Source of the DNA: Candidatus Poribacteria bacterium
GTDB taxonomy: Bacteria > Poribacteria > WGA-4E > WGA-3G
DNA: 64,000 nt
Direction of reading: 5' to 3'
Assembly: GCA_963667805.1 (NCBI GenBank)
Contig: OY764016.1
Location: 4,458,998 to 4,522,997, forward strand
Part shown: positions 9,005-18,900 of the stretch, one piece after another
Numbering within the stretch: position 1 is the stretch's first letter
Layout: every line of letters starts with the position of its first letter
Made by a program: the position numbers and the translations under genes
Notes under the pieces: generated by a model
Database searches by the model: none
Told to the model about the DNA's origin: nothing
The model's input: only the letters and a program-made list of their open reading frames with translations

Positions 9005-10213
9005 TTATGTGATGCTATCCAACAGCGTTTTTACGAGTTTTGTTGCGAATTCATCGTCGTTGATGTGAGCGTCCATCTCAATAACCGTTACATTTTCACC
9101 GATGTGTGCCTTCAGATTCTCGGTCCATGCCGTGCGCGCTTCGGGAGAATCAAAGGGTTGTCCTGTTTTGTCAATCGCTGACACGCCTTGCGCCGGAATA
9201 ATAACTGTTGTAGGTCCCTGTGCTTCACTGAGTTTGCGTGCCATGATGCGTCCGAGTTCAGCCGTCTCTTCAGCGGTTGTCCGCATCAGTGTCACAGTCG
9301 GATTGTGCTGGTAGAACAACCGGTCGCTGAACTGCTCTGGCACTGTGTCGGGAGGACCGAAATTCACCATATCCAAGGCACCTGGCGCGACAACTTGCGG
9401 GAGTCCAGATGCGCCCGCGGCTTCCAACCGATCGGGACCGGCACTGAGGACCCCACCGACCAATTCATCAGCAAGTTCGGTTGTTGTCACATCTAACACG
9501 CCAGCGAGGAAACCCCCTTTGACGAGATCCTCCATCGCTTGTCCACCGGTACCGGTTGCGTGAAAAACGAGGACTTCATAACCCGCGGCTTCAAGAATTT
9601 CCATCGCTTTTGTGACACATGGGGTTGTCACACCGAACATCGTCGCCGCGATGAGAGGCTTGTCCGCTGTTGCCTCCGGCATTTCCGCGTTGACCATTCC
9701 AACGATCGCACCAGCGGCGTTGGCGAGAATCTGCCGTGACAATCGGTTAATACCGGCGATGTCCACAACAGAATACATCATAGTTATGTCTTTGGATTGG
9801 ACATACGGACTCGTGTCCCCCGATGCCAAGGTCGACACCATAATTTTCGGGACACCCACGGGGACTGCCTGCATCGCTGTCGTGCCGATGGTAGTGCCTG
9901 CGGAGCCACCGAGTGAGATGATCCCATCGATGTCGCCTGCTGCCTGTTTTTCAGCAACAAGCGCAGCGGCACCTTGTGCCATTACAGCGACACTGTTTCC
10001 TCGGTCGCCTTCATCTCTCAATGCCTGAAGGGATGAACCCCCGGCTTGTGCGACTTCATCCGCGGAAACGTCCGGCGTTAATTGCGGGTCTCCCAATATA
10101 CCCGTATTGATAACACACGTTGAAGTTCCAGTTGCTTCTATCTGCGCTTTGATAAACGCGAATTCCAAACCTTTCGTGTCCATTGTGCCGACAATACAAA
10201 CCGTCTTCGCCAT
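9005..10213 (-). CDS. UPF0261 family protein (Tm-1-like ATP-binding domain protein)
   Basis: MAKTVCIVGTMDTKGLEFAFIKAQIEATG..., approximately 400 aa, is typical of UPF0261. The likelier start is the second ATG (10213), preceded by GGAGG, rather than the track start at 10237. Confidence 0.65.
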   Translation of the reverse strand: MAKTVCIVGTMDTKGLEFAFIKAQIEATGTSTCVINTGILGDPQLTPDVSADEVAQAGGSSLQALRDEGDRGNSVAVMAQGAAALVAEKQAAGDIDGIISLGGSAGTTIGTTAMQAVPVGVPKIMVSTLASGDTSPYVQSKDITMMYSVVDIAGINRLSRQILANAAGAIVGMVNAEMPEATADKPLIAATMFGVTTPCVTKAMEILEAAGYEVLVFHATGTGGQAMEDLVKGGFLAGVLDVTTTELADELVGGVLSAGPDRLEAAGASGLPQVVAPGALDMVNFGPPDTVPEQFSDRLFYQHNPTVTLMRTTAEETAELGRIMARKLSEAQGPTTVIIPAQGVSAIDKTGQPFDSPEARTAWTENLKAHIGENVTVIEMDAHINDDEFATKLVKTLLDSIT

Positions 10214-10258
10214 ACCCGAATTCCTCCACTTGTCCATACATTTCAGACTTACGCTAAT

Positions 10259-10528
10259 TTATTCTCCGTTTGACGCTAAAGCCCTCTGGAAATCCTCTGG
10301 ACTTTCCGCTAAAATTGCGGCGCGATGCAACTGCTTAAGGCGTTGAGAATCCTCAATTGCTTCTAATACCGGCTTGAAAGTGCGTGCCGCATCCGGCTGT
10401 AATCGAAGCTCCAATGCTTCAAGGATATCCTCACGGGCGCGTTCTTTCATGCCTTGTTCAAGTCCCTGTTGGTGTGCTTCTGCCGCTGCTTTCTCTGTCC
10501 AGTATTCGATAATATTAGGTTGCTGCAT
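10259..10528 (-). pseudogene. 3' fragment (DUF4351-like C-terminal domain) of an Rpn/YhgA-like PD-(D/E)XK nuclease gene split by an IS630 insertion
   Basis: NIIEYWTEKAAAEAHQQGLEQGMKE...LKQLHRAAILAESPEDF aligns with the C-terminus of the intact paralogue 21484-22428 (VETAAEERYQQGIEQGTRQ...LKQLNLAASIARSFRAF). Confidence 0.6.
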
Positions 10529-10590
10529 GGTTTCCTCCAGAATAATATTTGAGATCAGTTCCGATTCGTAAACTATAGTAAACTTTAGAA

Positions 10591-11190
10591 TTAAAGATAC
10601 ATGTTTATGACTTCATCAATGGTTATATCGGCATTATACTCTCTGAGACGTTTGATATTCGCAAAGTCGTGTTCAATCGGATTGTAGTCGGGTGAATAAG
10701 GCGGCAAAAACAATACCTCTGCCCCCGATGCTTCTATCAACTCACGGGTTCGACGCGTTTTGTGAATCTTGGCATTATCAAGAACAACGATGTCTGAGGC
10801 AGACAGCCGTGGACATAAATAGGCTTCAATCCAGGCATTGAAACACGCCGCATCGCAGCTTCCATCAAACAAACAGGGGGCCGTAAAAGCCGAACCGATA
10901 CGCGCAGCGACCAACGTTGTTGTTCGTGTCCTTGTGCCTGAGATGAGACCTAAAACACATTCACCTTTCGGAGCATACCCATGCCGTCTAAAACTCTCAG
11001 CACGAAAACCGCACTCATCTACATAAACTATCGTTTTCCCAGTGGCGTGTTTCTCGGTGAGTGTTTGACGATAGACGTGCCGTTTCTCGGCGCACCGCTC
11101 CTTATATCCGAGTGTTTTTTTTTCGCGTGATGCCGAGTTTCCGCAGTCCATATCTGATAGAGGACGCTGAAACACCGAAATGCGAGGCAC
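10591..11190 (-). CDS. IS630-family transposase, DDE catalytic part (orfB)
   Basis: IVYVDECGF, DIVVLDNAKIHK and LFLPPYSPDYNPIEHDFANIK are classic IS630/Tc1-mariner DDE motifs. Confidence 0.75.
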   Translation of the reverse strand: MPRISVFQRPLSDMDCGNSASREKKTLGYKERCAEKRHVYRQTLTEKHATGKTIVYVDECGFRAESFRRHGYAPKGECVLGLISGTRTRTTTLVAARIGSAFTAPCLFDGSCDAACFNAWIEAYLCPRLSASDIVVLDNAKIHKTRRTRELIEASGAEVLFLPPYSPDYNPIEHDFANIKRLREYNADITIDEVINMYL

Positions 11191-11422
11191 GCTCGTTTTG
11201 CGTCAAGTCCGGGAAATCAGCGACATGTTTCTTCAGTGCTGCCTCGTCAAGACACCTCATGTTTTTCGGACCCGGTTTTTGGGGCGCAAATGGGGTTTTA
11301 GCCGATAACCATCTATAAACCGTTGACCGATCCACGGAAAAACGACGCGATGCTTCGGATTTTTTACCACCCGTGTGAATAAAATCTAAGACGCGTTTAC
11401 GTAAATCTGTTGAATATGCCAT
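11102..11422 (-). CDS. IS630-family transposase, N-terminal HTH part (orfA)
   Basis: MAYSTDLRKRVLDFIHTGGKKSEASRRFSVDRSTVYRWL matches the IS630 N-terminal HTH. It overlaps orfB across an A9 run (T9 on + strand at 11115-11123). An A8 run would fuse the two ORFs into ...ITRKKTLGYKER.... Confidence 0.7.
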   Translation of the reverse strand: MAYSTDLRKRVLDFIHTGGKKSEASRRFSVDRSTVYRWLSAKTPFAPQKPGPKNMRCLDEAALKKHVADFPDLTQNERASHFGVSASSIRYGLRKLGITRKKNTRI

Positions 11423-11476
11423 AATAGAAACATTCTATCATAAAACAGAAAAATGTCTCTTTAATTCTAACGGTCA

Positions 11477-12070
11477 CTATAAATTTCCTAAAACCGCAAG
11501 GCTCCCAAGATATGCAGATTTGTTTGGGACATCAACGCTATCTGCGGTTTGGACACAACGGCGTAACCATTCATCAGCCGCTACACCTTCAGGACGTTTC
11601 ATGAGGGGTGTGAATGGAAGCAAACCCGTGGGTTTCGTCTCAAGAATCGGCTCACCTTCCATGTCAATCAGCCGCAGGACTTGATATTCAATGAAGACCT
11701 GATGTCCAACTATATTTTGTTCGTAAACGCCACGATCCCGCCGTCCCGCATTCGGACGCAGATAAATGACACCTGAATACACCGGCAACCGATAGGTCTC
11801 CATCAACCGAACGATGTAGCCTGCCATGCGAAGTGACATCTCAGGATCATAACTGTCTGTCGTCTGAAATTCCAGATGGACCAGGACCTCTTCACCGTTG
11901 CGTTCCACTTTGATAACGATATCTGCTTGGTGCATTTCAACTGTAGGTTGTTCGGGAACGATCAATTCAACAAAAGTAACATCGCCTCCCTCAAAGTTTA
12001 GGCAGTGATTGACGAAGTCCATGGGGTGCGTTTGTGCTTGTGTTTTGCTAACAGTATCAAAAATCGCCAT
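11477..12070 (-). pseudogene. 5' fragment (PD-(D/E)XK nuclease core) of the IS-disrupted Rpn/YhgA-like gene
   Basis: VLVHLEFQTTDSYDPEMSLRMAGYIVRL...VIYLRPNAGRRDRG is collinear with the paralogue VLVHIEFQVSDSAPIDMVRRNVGYLGRC...VIYLRPNAGQRDPG. The stop codon TAG is created by the IS end. Confidence 0.6.
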
Positions 12071-12340
12071 TCTGTTCCCTTTCCCAGTTCAGCACATTAT
12101 ACCATACATTTGCAATGCGAAACAAATTTTTATTATATGGAGTGCCGTGAAGTCTGTCAAGAGAATTTTGCCCAGATTCCTGCCACATCACAGGAATGGA
12201 TTAGGAGAACGGTAGAATTTTGAGGCACCTGCAGGACCCGCAGCAGTCATAAATTTCGCGAACGGGTTATATACCTTAATATATAGAGCAGAAGAAACAA
12301 GGGGTGTTGAAGGTTGAAGCATCGTAAATATCGCGTTTTT

Positions 12341-12460
12341 TGCAAATATCTACAATTTTTTGCAATTTTACGAGAATTTCACGTTTTTTTATTAAATATA
12401 TGCAATTTTTCTGTAATTTTTGAATTTTTTGGCAAATATATGCAATTTTTTGTAATTTTA
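12341..12460. repeat. three approximately 28-bp AT-rich direct repeats (AAATATMTRCAATTTTTYTGYAATTTT), iteron/operator-like
   Basis: Copies lie at 12341-12368, 12393-12420 and 12433-12460. A TATAAT-like box follows at about 12488. They precede a small HTH gene. Confidence 0.5.
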
Positions 12461-12544
12461 ATTTGAAAAATGGCGTTATATAGTGTATAATTAACGTGTA
12501 ATGGGTTGAAACGCGAGATTTTTACACAATTACGCGAGGAATTC

Positions 12545-12757
12545 ATGAGACGCCGCTTGAACACAAAGACGATTTTGACTGCGTGTGAGATGTCTTTCAA
12601 CGGGAAAACAGACAATGAGATAAGTACTCTCTTAGAGACATCTGTCTCCAATGTGTCTCGTTGGCGAAAAAGTGAAGTTTGGAAAGAGTTTGAACAGGAA
12701 CTCATCTCCGAACACAAGCAGTCGCTTTTAGCAGCGCATCGCTCCACAACCCGATAG
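12545..12757 (+). CDS. small helix-turn-helix protein (transposase-OrfA/sigma-region-4-like HTH)
   Basis: DNEISTLLETSVSNVSRWRKSE is a typical HTH. 70 aa from the ATG at 12545 (the track starts at an upstream TTG). Confidence 0.4.
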   Translation: MRRRLNTKTILTACEMSFNGKTDNEISTLLETSVSNVSRWRKSEVWKEFEQELISEHKQSLLAAHRSTTR

Positions 12758-12857
12758 CACACCTTCAGGTGTGCGAAACATAGAAAAGGTATAAAAGGTT
12801 AGGTTCAGATAAGGAATGGATTTATTAATCCCTGGATCCGTTCTTGATTTTGAAAGA

Positions 12858-12947
12858 GTTAGCAGTTAGCCGTTAGCCGTTAGCAGCAACAAAAGAATTT
12901 ATCAACATTCTCTTTAACTGACAACCGACAACTGACAACTGACAACT
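12858..12947. repeat. two heptanucleotide microsatellites: (GTTAGCM)x4 and (TGACAAC)x4 (imperfect), in the 5' region of the LTD surface-protein gene
   Basis: agttagcagttagccgttagccgttagcagc occupies 12858-12888. ctgacaaccgacaactgacaactgacaact occupies 12918-12947. Confidence 0.6.
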
Positions 12948-12965
12948 CTAAAAGGTTTTAGGTTT

Positions 12966-15755
12966 ATGTTTACAATTTTATTCCATAAGAACAAGGAGAT
13001 AGAACGAATGTTGTCAAAGAAAATGGCATTTTCGTTAACAAGTCTAATAACAATACTTGCGCTCGCTTTCGTGGTGACTCCCGCGATGGCTGGAGAGTTT
13101 GGCGTGTCGCTTTACCAGGTCCAAGACGCGGATGGTACCGACGCTACTGATACGTTAATGGATGTCAGTCATGCCGATGGGTTACAAGTATCACCTCCTG
13201 CTACGGACACGGCTATCCGAGTTACTGTTAAGTTTGATAGGGCAGTTGTCTTGGCAGCTACAAGCGTGAGCATCGGTGGTTATGATAAAGACGGAGTTTT
13301 ATTGCCAGCTGTTGCCCTCGCTGCTACAACTCCTATCGCACCCACTACAGCTGCTAAGATGATCACGCTATCGATTACCCTTGGGGCGGGTGGAGATGCC
13401 GCTGCGATGGTCAGAAAAGTCACTCTCAAGATAGCAAAAGGCATTGGTTCTGCTGATCCGTTTAACGATGATACGAGTAAAGAGTTCAAGACGGATATCC
13501 ATTTGCTTCCGGCGGATCGAGCAGGCGGACCTGATGTATGGAAGATCGCGTTAGTCGGTGAACCTTTCTCACCCATCACGACTGCTACCTTCCAAACGCA
13601 CATCCTGCTGAGTGAAGAGCCGATGGGCGGCTTTAATAAAGATCATATTGAAGTCTCTGATGCAGATGTGGCATCCGTTGTTAAGTTAGTTTCACCTATG
13701 ACCGCACCAACCGGACTCATACAGCGTGATACTACTGCAGTGCCAGGAGAGATTACACCCACGGATCGTAGCACTGCGGGTCTTGCGACTTGGCGGGATG
13801 ATAATATCCATCTCTACCTCGTCACGTTCAACACCGTGGAAGGCGAAAAAGACGTCAAGATCAAGATCAAAAACTTCGCCGGGAATGAACGTCCAACAGG
13901 TGCTCTCACACAGCAAACCTATGTCCGTGCGGCTGACAGTCAGCTTACCGAAGGCAGAGATCTTCTGACGGTCAAGACCAAACGTGCCGTTACTACAATC
14001 AAAGCGGCGGGGGTTGCGGAAACCCACTTACCACACGGCGATGCGCCTGAGATTCCTGCGGATGGGTTCTACCTTCTCGTGAGAGATGCCGGGGATTCTG
14101 GGATCATCATCTCTGGTGTAGGTGATGAAAATGACTCGACAAAGCAAACACCTGCACAGTTGAAATATAACGCTCGGGCGGGTGGTTCGGTGAACCTTGA
14201 GCAGTTCCTCGCCAATGGTGGCACGATTGACCTGACGACGACGGAAACTGGTATAGCGATGGGCGATGTTGTCATCAGTGAGATTATGTGGGGTTCAAAC
14301 CTCGCGGTGGCAGATTCATCCCTTAGTCAATGGATAGAGATTCACAATACGACTGCGAGCAAGATCGTCGTCGCTGAGAAAGAGTGGACGCTGAAGTTCT
14401 ATGGTGCGAACGAAGTGCTTCCGACGACGGGTTACATTGACCGTGTCGGGACGCGTGATGAAGCGTCAGGAACGTTCTGGTCACTTGCGGGTAAAGGTCA
14501 AAGCGGTAGGACGGATCTCGATCCGACTGGAGTAGCCGCGGCATCGAGTTTTCCGATTATCTCCATGCAGCGCGCCCGTGCTGCGGATGGCACGTATGCC
14601 GATGGGACAATGGCAAGCAATTGGAGCCAGTCCGTAGGCCCCGCTGTGAACTTCGCAGTCGGTATTGAAGGCTCACGGATCGGCACACCCGGTGCGTCCC
14701 CCGTGACGCTGCCACAACCGACACCGCCTGCTGACCCACCCGTCGTCGTGACCATTCCGGCTGCGGTCCTCGGAGACATCCTGGTTACCGAAATCATGGT
14801 TGACACCGGCAACGGGAGACTCCCGCAGTGGATCGAACTCGCGAACTTCAGTGGCAAAGAAGTCACCCTCGACGGTTGGTCTGTTGAGATCACGAACCAC
14901 GCTGACGATGCCGATGTTGAGCGTAAAGTGAGCATTGACCTCACGGGGCAGACGCTCGATGTCCGTGAAGGTGCTAACGGCACCCGCGGCGAAGCCCTCC
15001 TCTTGGCGGCTTGGGGCGGTCGAAGCTCCGGCAACCTAAGTGATCGGGTTCTCAATGTCTCCAGCCAATTGAACAAAACGGGACGGTATACCCTCCTCAG
15101 TTCGATGGGTTTCATCATCGAACTCCTCCCACCGCTTGATTCGGGCATTGTGGTGGCGAGTGACGAGGCTGGCAACCTCCGTGCCGAGGAAGCATGGGAG
15201 ATCGAGATGGACGAAACCGGTCGGAGTTCACTGATCCGTAAGTTTGCTGCGGGTGTAGCAGCGGACGGAGAGGAAGCCGATGGATGGACTCTCGCCTCCA
15301 GCACATCGCTCCTCCAGGCTCCCGCAAGCTGGTATGGCAGTGATGAAGACGCAGGAACTCCTGGTGTTATCGGTGGTGGTCCGCTACCCGTCGAACTCTC
15401 ACACTTCCGTCCCGCACGCGATAAAGCCACCGGTGCAGTCGTGATTACCTGGGCAACCCAATCTGAGCTGAACAACGCTGGATTCTTTATCAAGCGCAGT
15501 CAGCAACGCAACGGTGAGTTCAAGGTCATCAACGCAACTATGATCGCCGGTGCTGGCACCACTTCGGAGAAGCAGTTCTATACCTACACGGATACAACTG
15601 CTCAACCTAACGTCGTATACTACTACCAAATTGAAGATGTTTCCCTCGATGGGAATCGTCAGACGCTGACCCGTGGTATCCGCCTGAAAGGGCATATCGG
15701 AGCCGCCGGCAAACTTACCTCCACGTGGGGTGAATTGAAGTCGTCCAATGAGTAG
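12966..15755 (+). CDS. large secreted protein with two lamin-tail (LTD) domains and a C-terminal KLTSTWGELKS tag
   Basis: Signal peptide MAFSLTSLITILALAFVVTPAMA (likely start at the ATG at 13008). The LTD signatures are GDVVISEIMWGS...QWIEIHN and GDILVTEIMVDTGNGRLPQWIELANFSGKEVTLDGWSVEITN. A C-terminal module PVELSHFRPARDKATGAVVITWATQSELNNAGFFIKRS precedes the terminal tag. Confidence 0.7.
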   Translation: MFTILFHKNKEIERMLSKKMAFSLTSLITILALAFVVTPAMAGEFGVSLYQVQDADGTDATDTLMDVSHADGLQVSPPATDTAIRVTVKFDRAVVLAATSVSIGGYDKDGVLLPAVALAATTPIAPTTAAKMITLSITLGAGGDAAAMVRKVTLKIAKGIGSADPFNDDTSKEFKTDIHLLPADRAGGPDVWKIALVGEPFSPITTATFQTHILLSEEPMGGFNKDHIEVSDADVASVVKLVSPMTAPTGLIQRDTTAVPGEITPTDRSTAGLATWRDDNIHLYLVTFNTVEGEKDVKIKIKNFAGNERPTGALTQQTYVRAADSQLTEGRDLLTVKTKRAVTTIKAAGVAETHLPHGDAPEIPADGFYLLVRDAGDSGIIISGVGDENDSTKQTPAQLKYNARAGGSVNLEQFLANGGTIDLTTTETGIAMGDVVISEIMWGSNLAVADSSLSQWIEIHNTTASKIVVAEKEWTLKFYGANEVLPTTGYIDRVGTRDEASGTFWSLAGKGQSGRTDLDPTGVAAASSFPIISMQRARAADGTYADGTMASNWSQSVGPAVNFAVGIEGSRIGTPGASPVTLPQPTPPADPPVVVTIPAAVLGDILVTEIMVDTGNGRLPQWIELANFSGKEVTLDGWSVEITNHADDADVERKVSIDLTGQTLDVREGANGTRGEALLLAAWGGRSSGNLSDRVLNVSSQLNKTGRYTLLSSMGFIIELLPPLDSGIVVASDEAGNLRAEEAWEIEMDETGRSSLIRKFAAGVAADGEEADGWTLASSTSLLQAPASWYGSDEDAGTPGVIGGGPLPVELSHFRPARDKATGAVVITWATQSELNNAGFFIKRSQQRNGEFKVINATMIAGAGTTSEKQFYTYTDTTAQPNVVYYYQIEDVSLDGNRQTLTRGIRLKGHIGAAGKLTSTWGELKSSNE

Positions 15756-15822
15756 TAGCAACAAAGAGGTTATTTCAGGGATAAAATTTGTTTGAACTAA
15801 CCTTAACCAAACGAAGCCGGGG

Positions 15823-15860
15823 TGTCTTTGATGCCTCGGCTTTCGTTTTTATGATTACTT
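15823..15860 (+). terminator. rho-independent terminator candidate after the LTD protein gene
   Basis: gaagccggggtgtctttgatgcctcggctttcgttttt forms a GC stem (AAGCCGRGG ... CCTCGGCTT) followed by a T run. Confidence 0.5.
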
Positions 15861-15981
15861 GGCGGATAGGGGTCTCAACGGGGTGCATTCTGTATCCCGT
15901 CCTATCCAACCTTTGAGACAGGTACATGCCAAGTTTGCCAAGTGAGACTTTAAAGGACAAACACGCAAAAGGAGAGAAACC

Positions 15982-18900
15982 TTGAAAAACCAACTTTTTA
16001 CACGAAACGTCTTGCTCGGCATGTTGATGACCCTCGTGCTGGCGTTCAGCGTGCAGGGAAACCTCGCAGACGCTCTGAGTTTCGGAGATACAAGAACAAA
16101 CGATTTACAAACTATACTCCGCGGAGCGGACTTTTCGGTTACATTTGCTGTAACTTTGGTGGATGAAGCCCGAAAGTCTGCCTACACCGCTTACACCAGC
16201 GAGTATACAGATACTAATGGTGTTGTTTATGTTTATGAGGATAAAGATAGTAGTGGTGATTATAATAGCGGTGACCGCAGGGCAACTAAATCCAGTGCTT
16301 TCCATTACAACAATGAAGCGGTTCGTATTAGTGTCAGTGGTGCTGGTGCAAAGATTACAAGTATAGGAAACAATACTATTACACCCGCGTCTTCCATCAC
16401 AGTGAAGGAAGGTGGTAGTGGCGCGGAAGCCCTAACAGCGGGGGATATTGTTGTGAATTGCAGTACTTCCAGTTACGGAGAAGTTACCATAACTGCAAGT
16501 GACGCAACGCCGAGTGAGGACTATCCTTCGGGAGTTCGCAGAGCACCAAACTTTGTTCTTACGACTTATGTCACACAGTACAACCAAGCTGTTGGTACTA
16601 CAAGAACCATCCGTCTCGTTGGCGTGACGAATGGAGTTGCAATCGGGTACGACGATCAAAGGGATCAACCCATTTACAATGGCGACTCCAGTCATTATCC
16701 GGTTACGTATACCGCAGCAGGCGGTGGAATGCTCCGCATACAAGAGGGTAGTCGTGAAGGGGCAGAAGCGGCCTCTCTTTCTACATCAAGTGCCGCTAAG
16801 GTTCTTCTCAACATGGAGGGCGCGACTAATACAGTGACTGCACAGCTTGGGGGTTCATTTGAGACATCTCAGGGTATCTATATCTTTGGAAACCCTCAAT
16901 TAAGCATAACGAGTGGGAACAATCAGAGCGGTAACCCTAATGCTCCACTTACGAATGCCTTACAAGTTACGTTACAGGATAATGCGTCAGCACCCGCAGG
17001 TGTTGTAGGGGTCCCAATCAAGTTTGATGTCACAGATAAAAGCCCGAGTGGTGGCATCTTGAGCCAAGCAGATGAAAGCACCGGAGTCACTATAGTTGAT
17101 GCTTCAAATGAAGTGGTAGATAGTCCGAGTCCTGGAAGCACAATGTACGTCCGAACTGGAACAGATGGTGTCGCTAATATTGACTTCCAACTCGGAACCA
17201 TTCCCGGGGAACAAACGGTTACCGTGAGTGCGCTGAATATAGCACGATTGACGAAGACGATTAAGGCTACAGCGACGGGGACAGCAGCTACAAGACAACT
17301 CTTTGCAGAAGACATTGACCGTCAAGGAACCACGAATATCTATACTTTAGTGGCTCGCGTTGAGAACGGTGGGACCGGAGATCCGGATGAGACAGTGACG
17401 TTCACAACTACTAAAGGGTTCTTGACGAGCGGCGGGACCACGGCTAAGACAGTAACAGCTACAACTAATGCGGCAGGTAAAGCGCGCGTCACTTACAACG
17501 CAGGCGATAGTTCGGGTACCTTAGAAGTCGTCGCGAGTATCTCTGTAGTAGCTCAGAATATAACTACTCAGCTGCAAGAGGTAACTTTTAACGTCAGAGG
17601 TGGAAGTTCCGGTGGTGACGATTCGGCTCCTTCGTCCCCCATAACAAGAGGCAGTCTGAATATTTCCGTTTCAGGCACAGGGAGCACGCGCAATATTACG
17701 GTAGACGCACAGAATGCAGATGGCGATGGCGCACACGGCATCTCTGTCCTCCTGAACGTCACCAATGGGGCAACGCTTTCGCGAACAAGCGGCGGAACTC
17801 CGCTCACCAGCACGCTCACGCTCCCAGCCACTGCGGGGGATTATGTCCTTACCGCGACAACGACTGCAGACTTCACTGGCGATACAGAGACGATTACTGT
17901 AACCTTACCCGGCAACCTTGGACTCGCGCTCATTGGGGACCAAGTGAACGGCTCCCAAACCATTCAAGTAACCGCCCGAAACGCAGCAGGCACGCTTGAA
18001 ACAACCCCTGTGCTGGTATCACTCACGGGAGCTGGGCTCTCCAGAACAGTTACTGTTACAGGTTCCCAGAATGTTCCGATCGTGTTACCGACTGCATCGG
18101 GAACATTGACTGCCAGTGCCACGGGATATAATGAAGGGTCGGTTACATTACCGGCGCGCTCGACAACAACAACGACGACGACCACCACAACGCCAACCAT
18201 ACCAACAGGACCTGCAGGCGGGGTTCCCGATAGCATTGTGATTGACGGGTCACGTACCCTTGACGGCACATTGGCTGAAGCGTCCCGGCTCCGTGTGAGG
18301 GTTCTTGATGCCAACGATAACGGTGTTTCAGGTGTAGGCGTGACGTTCCGGGTTCTGTCCCCTGGACGCGGCACTTTTGCAGGTGCTCGCGGTTCTGGAC
18401 GTGCGATCCGACTCGATACAGATCAAAACGGCTATGCAACGGTGAACTTCACTCCCACAACGGAGGGCGATGTCATCGTTGAGGCAAAAGCCGCGAAGGT
18501 TACAGCGGGTGTCACGTTCATCCTGGATGTCGGTGAATCCGCCACAACAACGACCCCCGACACAACGACTCCAGACACAACAACTCCTGATACAACGACC
18601 CCCGCGCCAGCGGATGTGACGCTAAAAGTCGGTGCCGCGAACCGTCCCGTGATGTATTGGATCACAGGGGGAGCCTTGTATCGTCAGGCGACCGGAGACG
18701 CGACGCAGATCACAGCGAGTGCGAAGGATGTCGTCGTGGATACAGCTGGCGGCAAACTTTACTGGATAGAGCAGACCAGCGAGCGAACGGGTGCGATCCA
18801 TAGTGCAAACCTTGACGGCTCAAACGCCAAAGTCGTAAAGACGCTGACGAGTGCGCCGATGGGATTGGCACTTGACACCGCCAATAAGAAGCTCTACCTC

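Larger units (their letters stand above)
10575..11499 (-). mobile_element. IS630-family insertion sequence (about 925 bp) with ~33-bp imperfect terminal inverted repeats (first 8 nt weak) and TA target duplication
   Basis: The left end is TAGTAAACTTTAGAATTAAAGATACATGTTT at 10575-10605. The right end is AAAAATGTCTCTTTAATTCTAACGGTCACTA at 11469-11499. TA flanks both ends (10573-74 and 11500-01). Removing the element and one TA in silico rejoins the host ORF in frame. Confidence 0.7.

Noticed and set aside
13280-15764. Multiple minus-strand ORFs (up to 331 aa) inside the LTD protein gene
   Set aside because: Ser/Pro/Ala/Arg-rich translations without motifs are typical antisense ORFs of a GC-skewed, Thr/Ala/Gly-rich coding strand.
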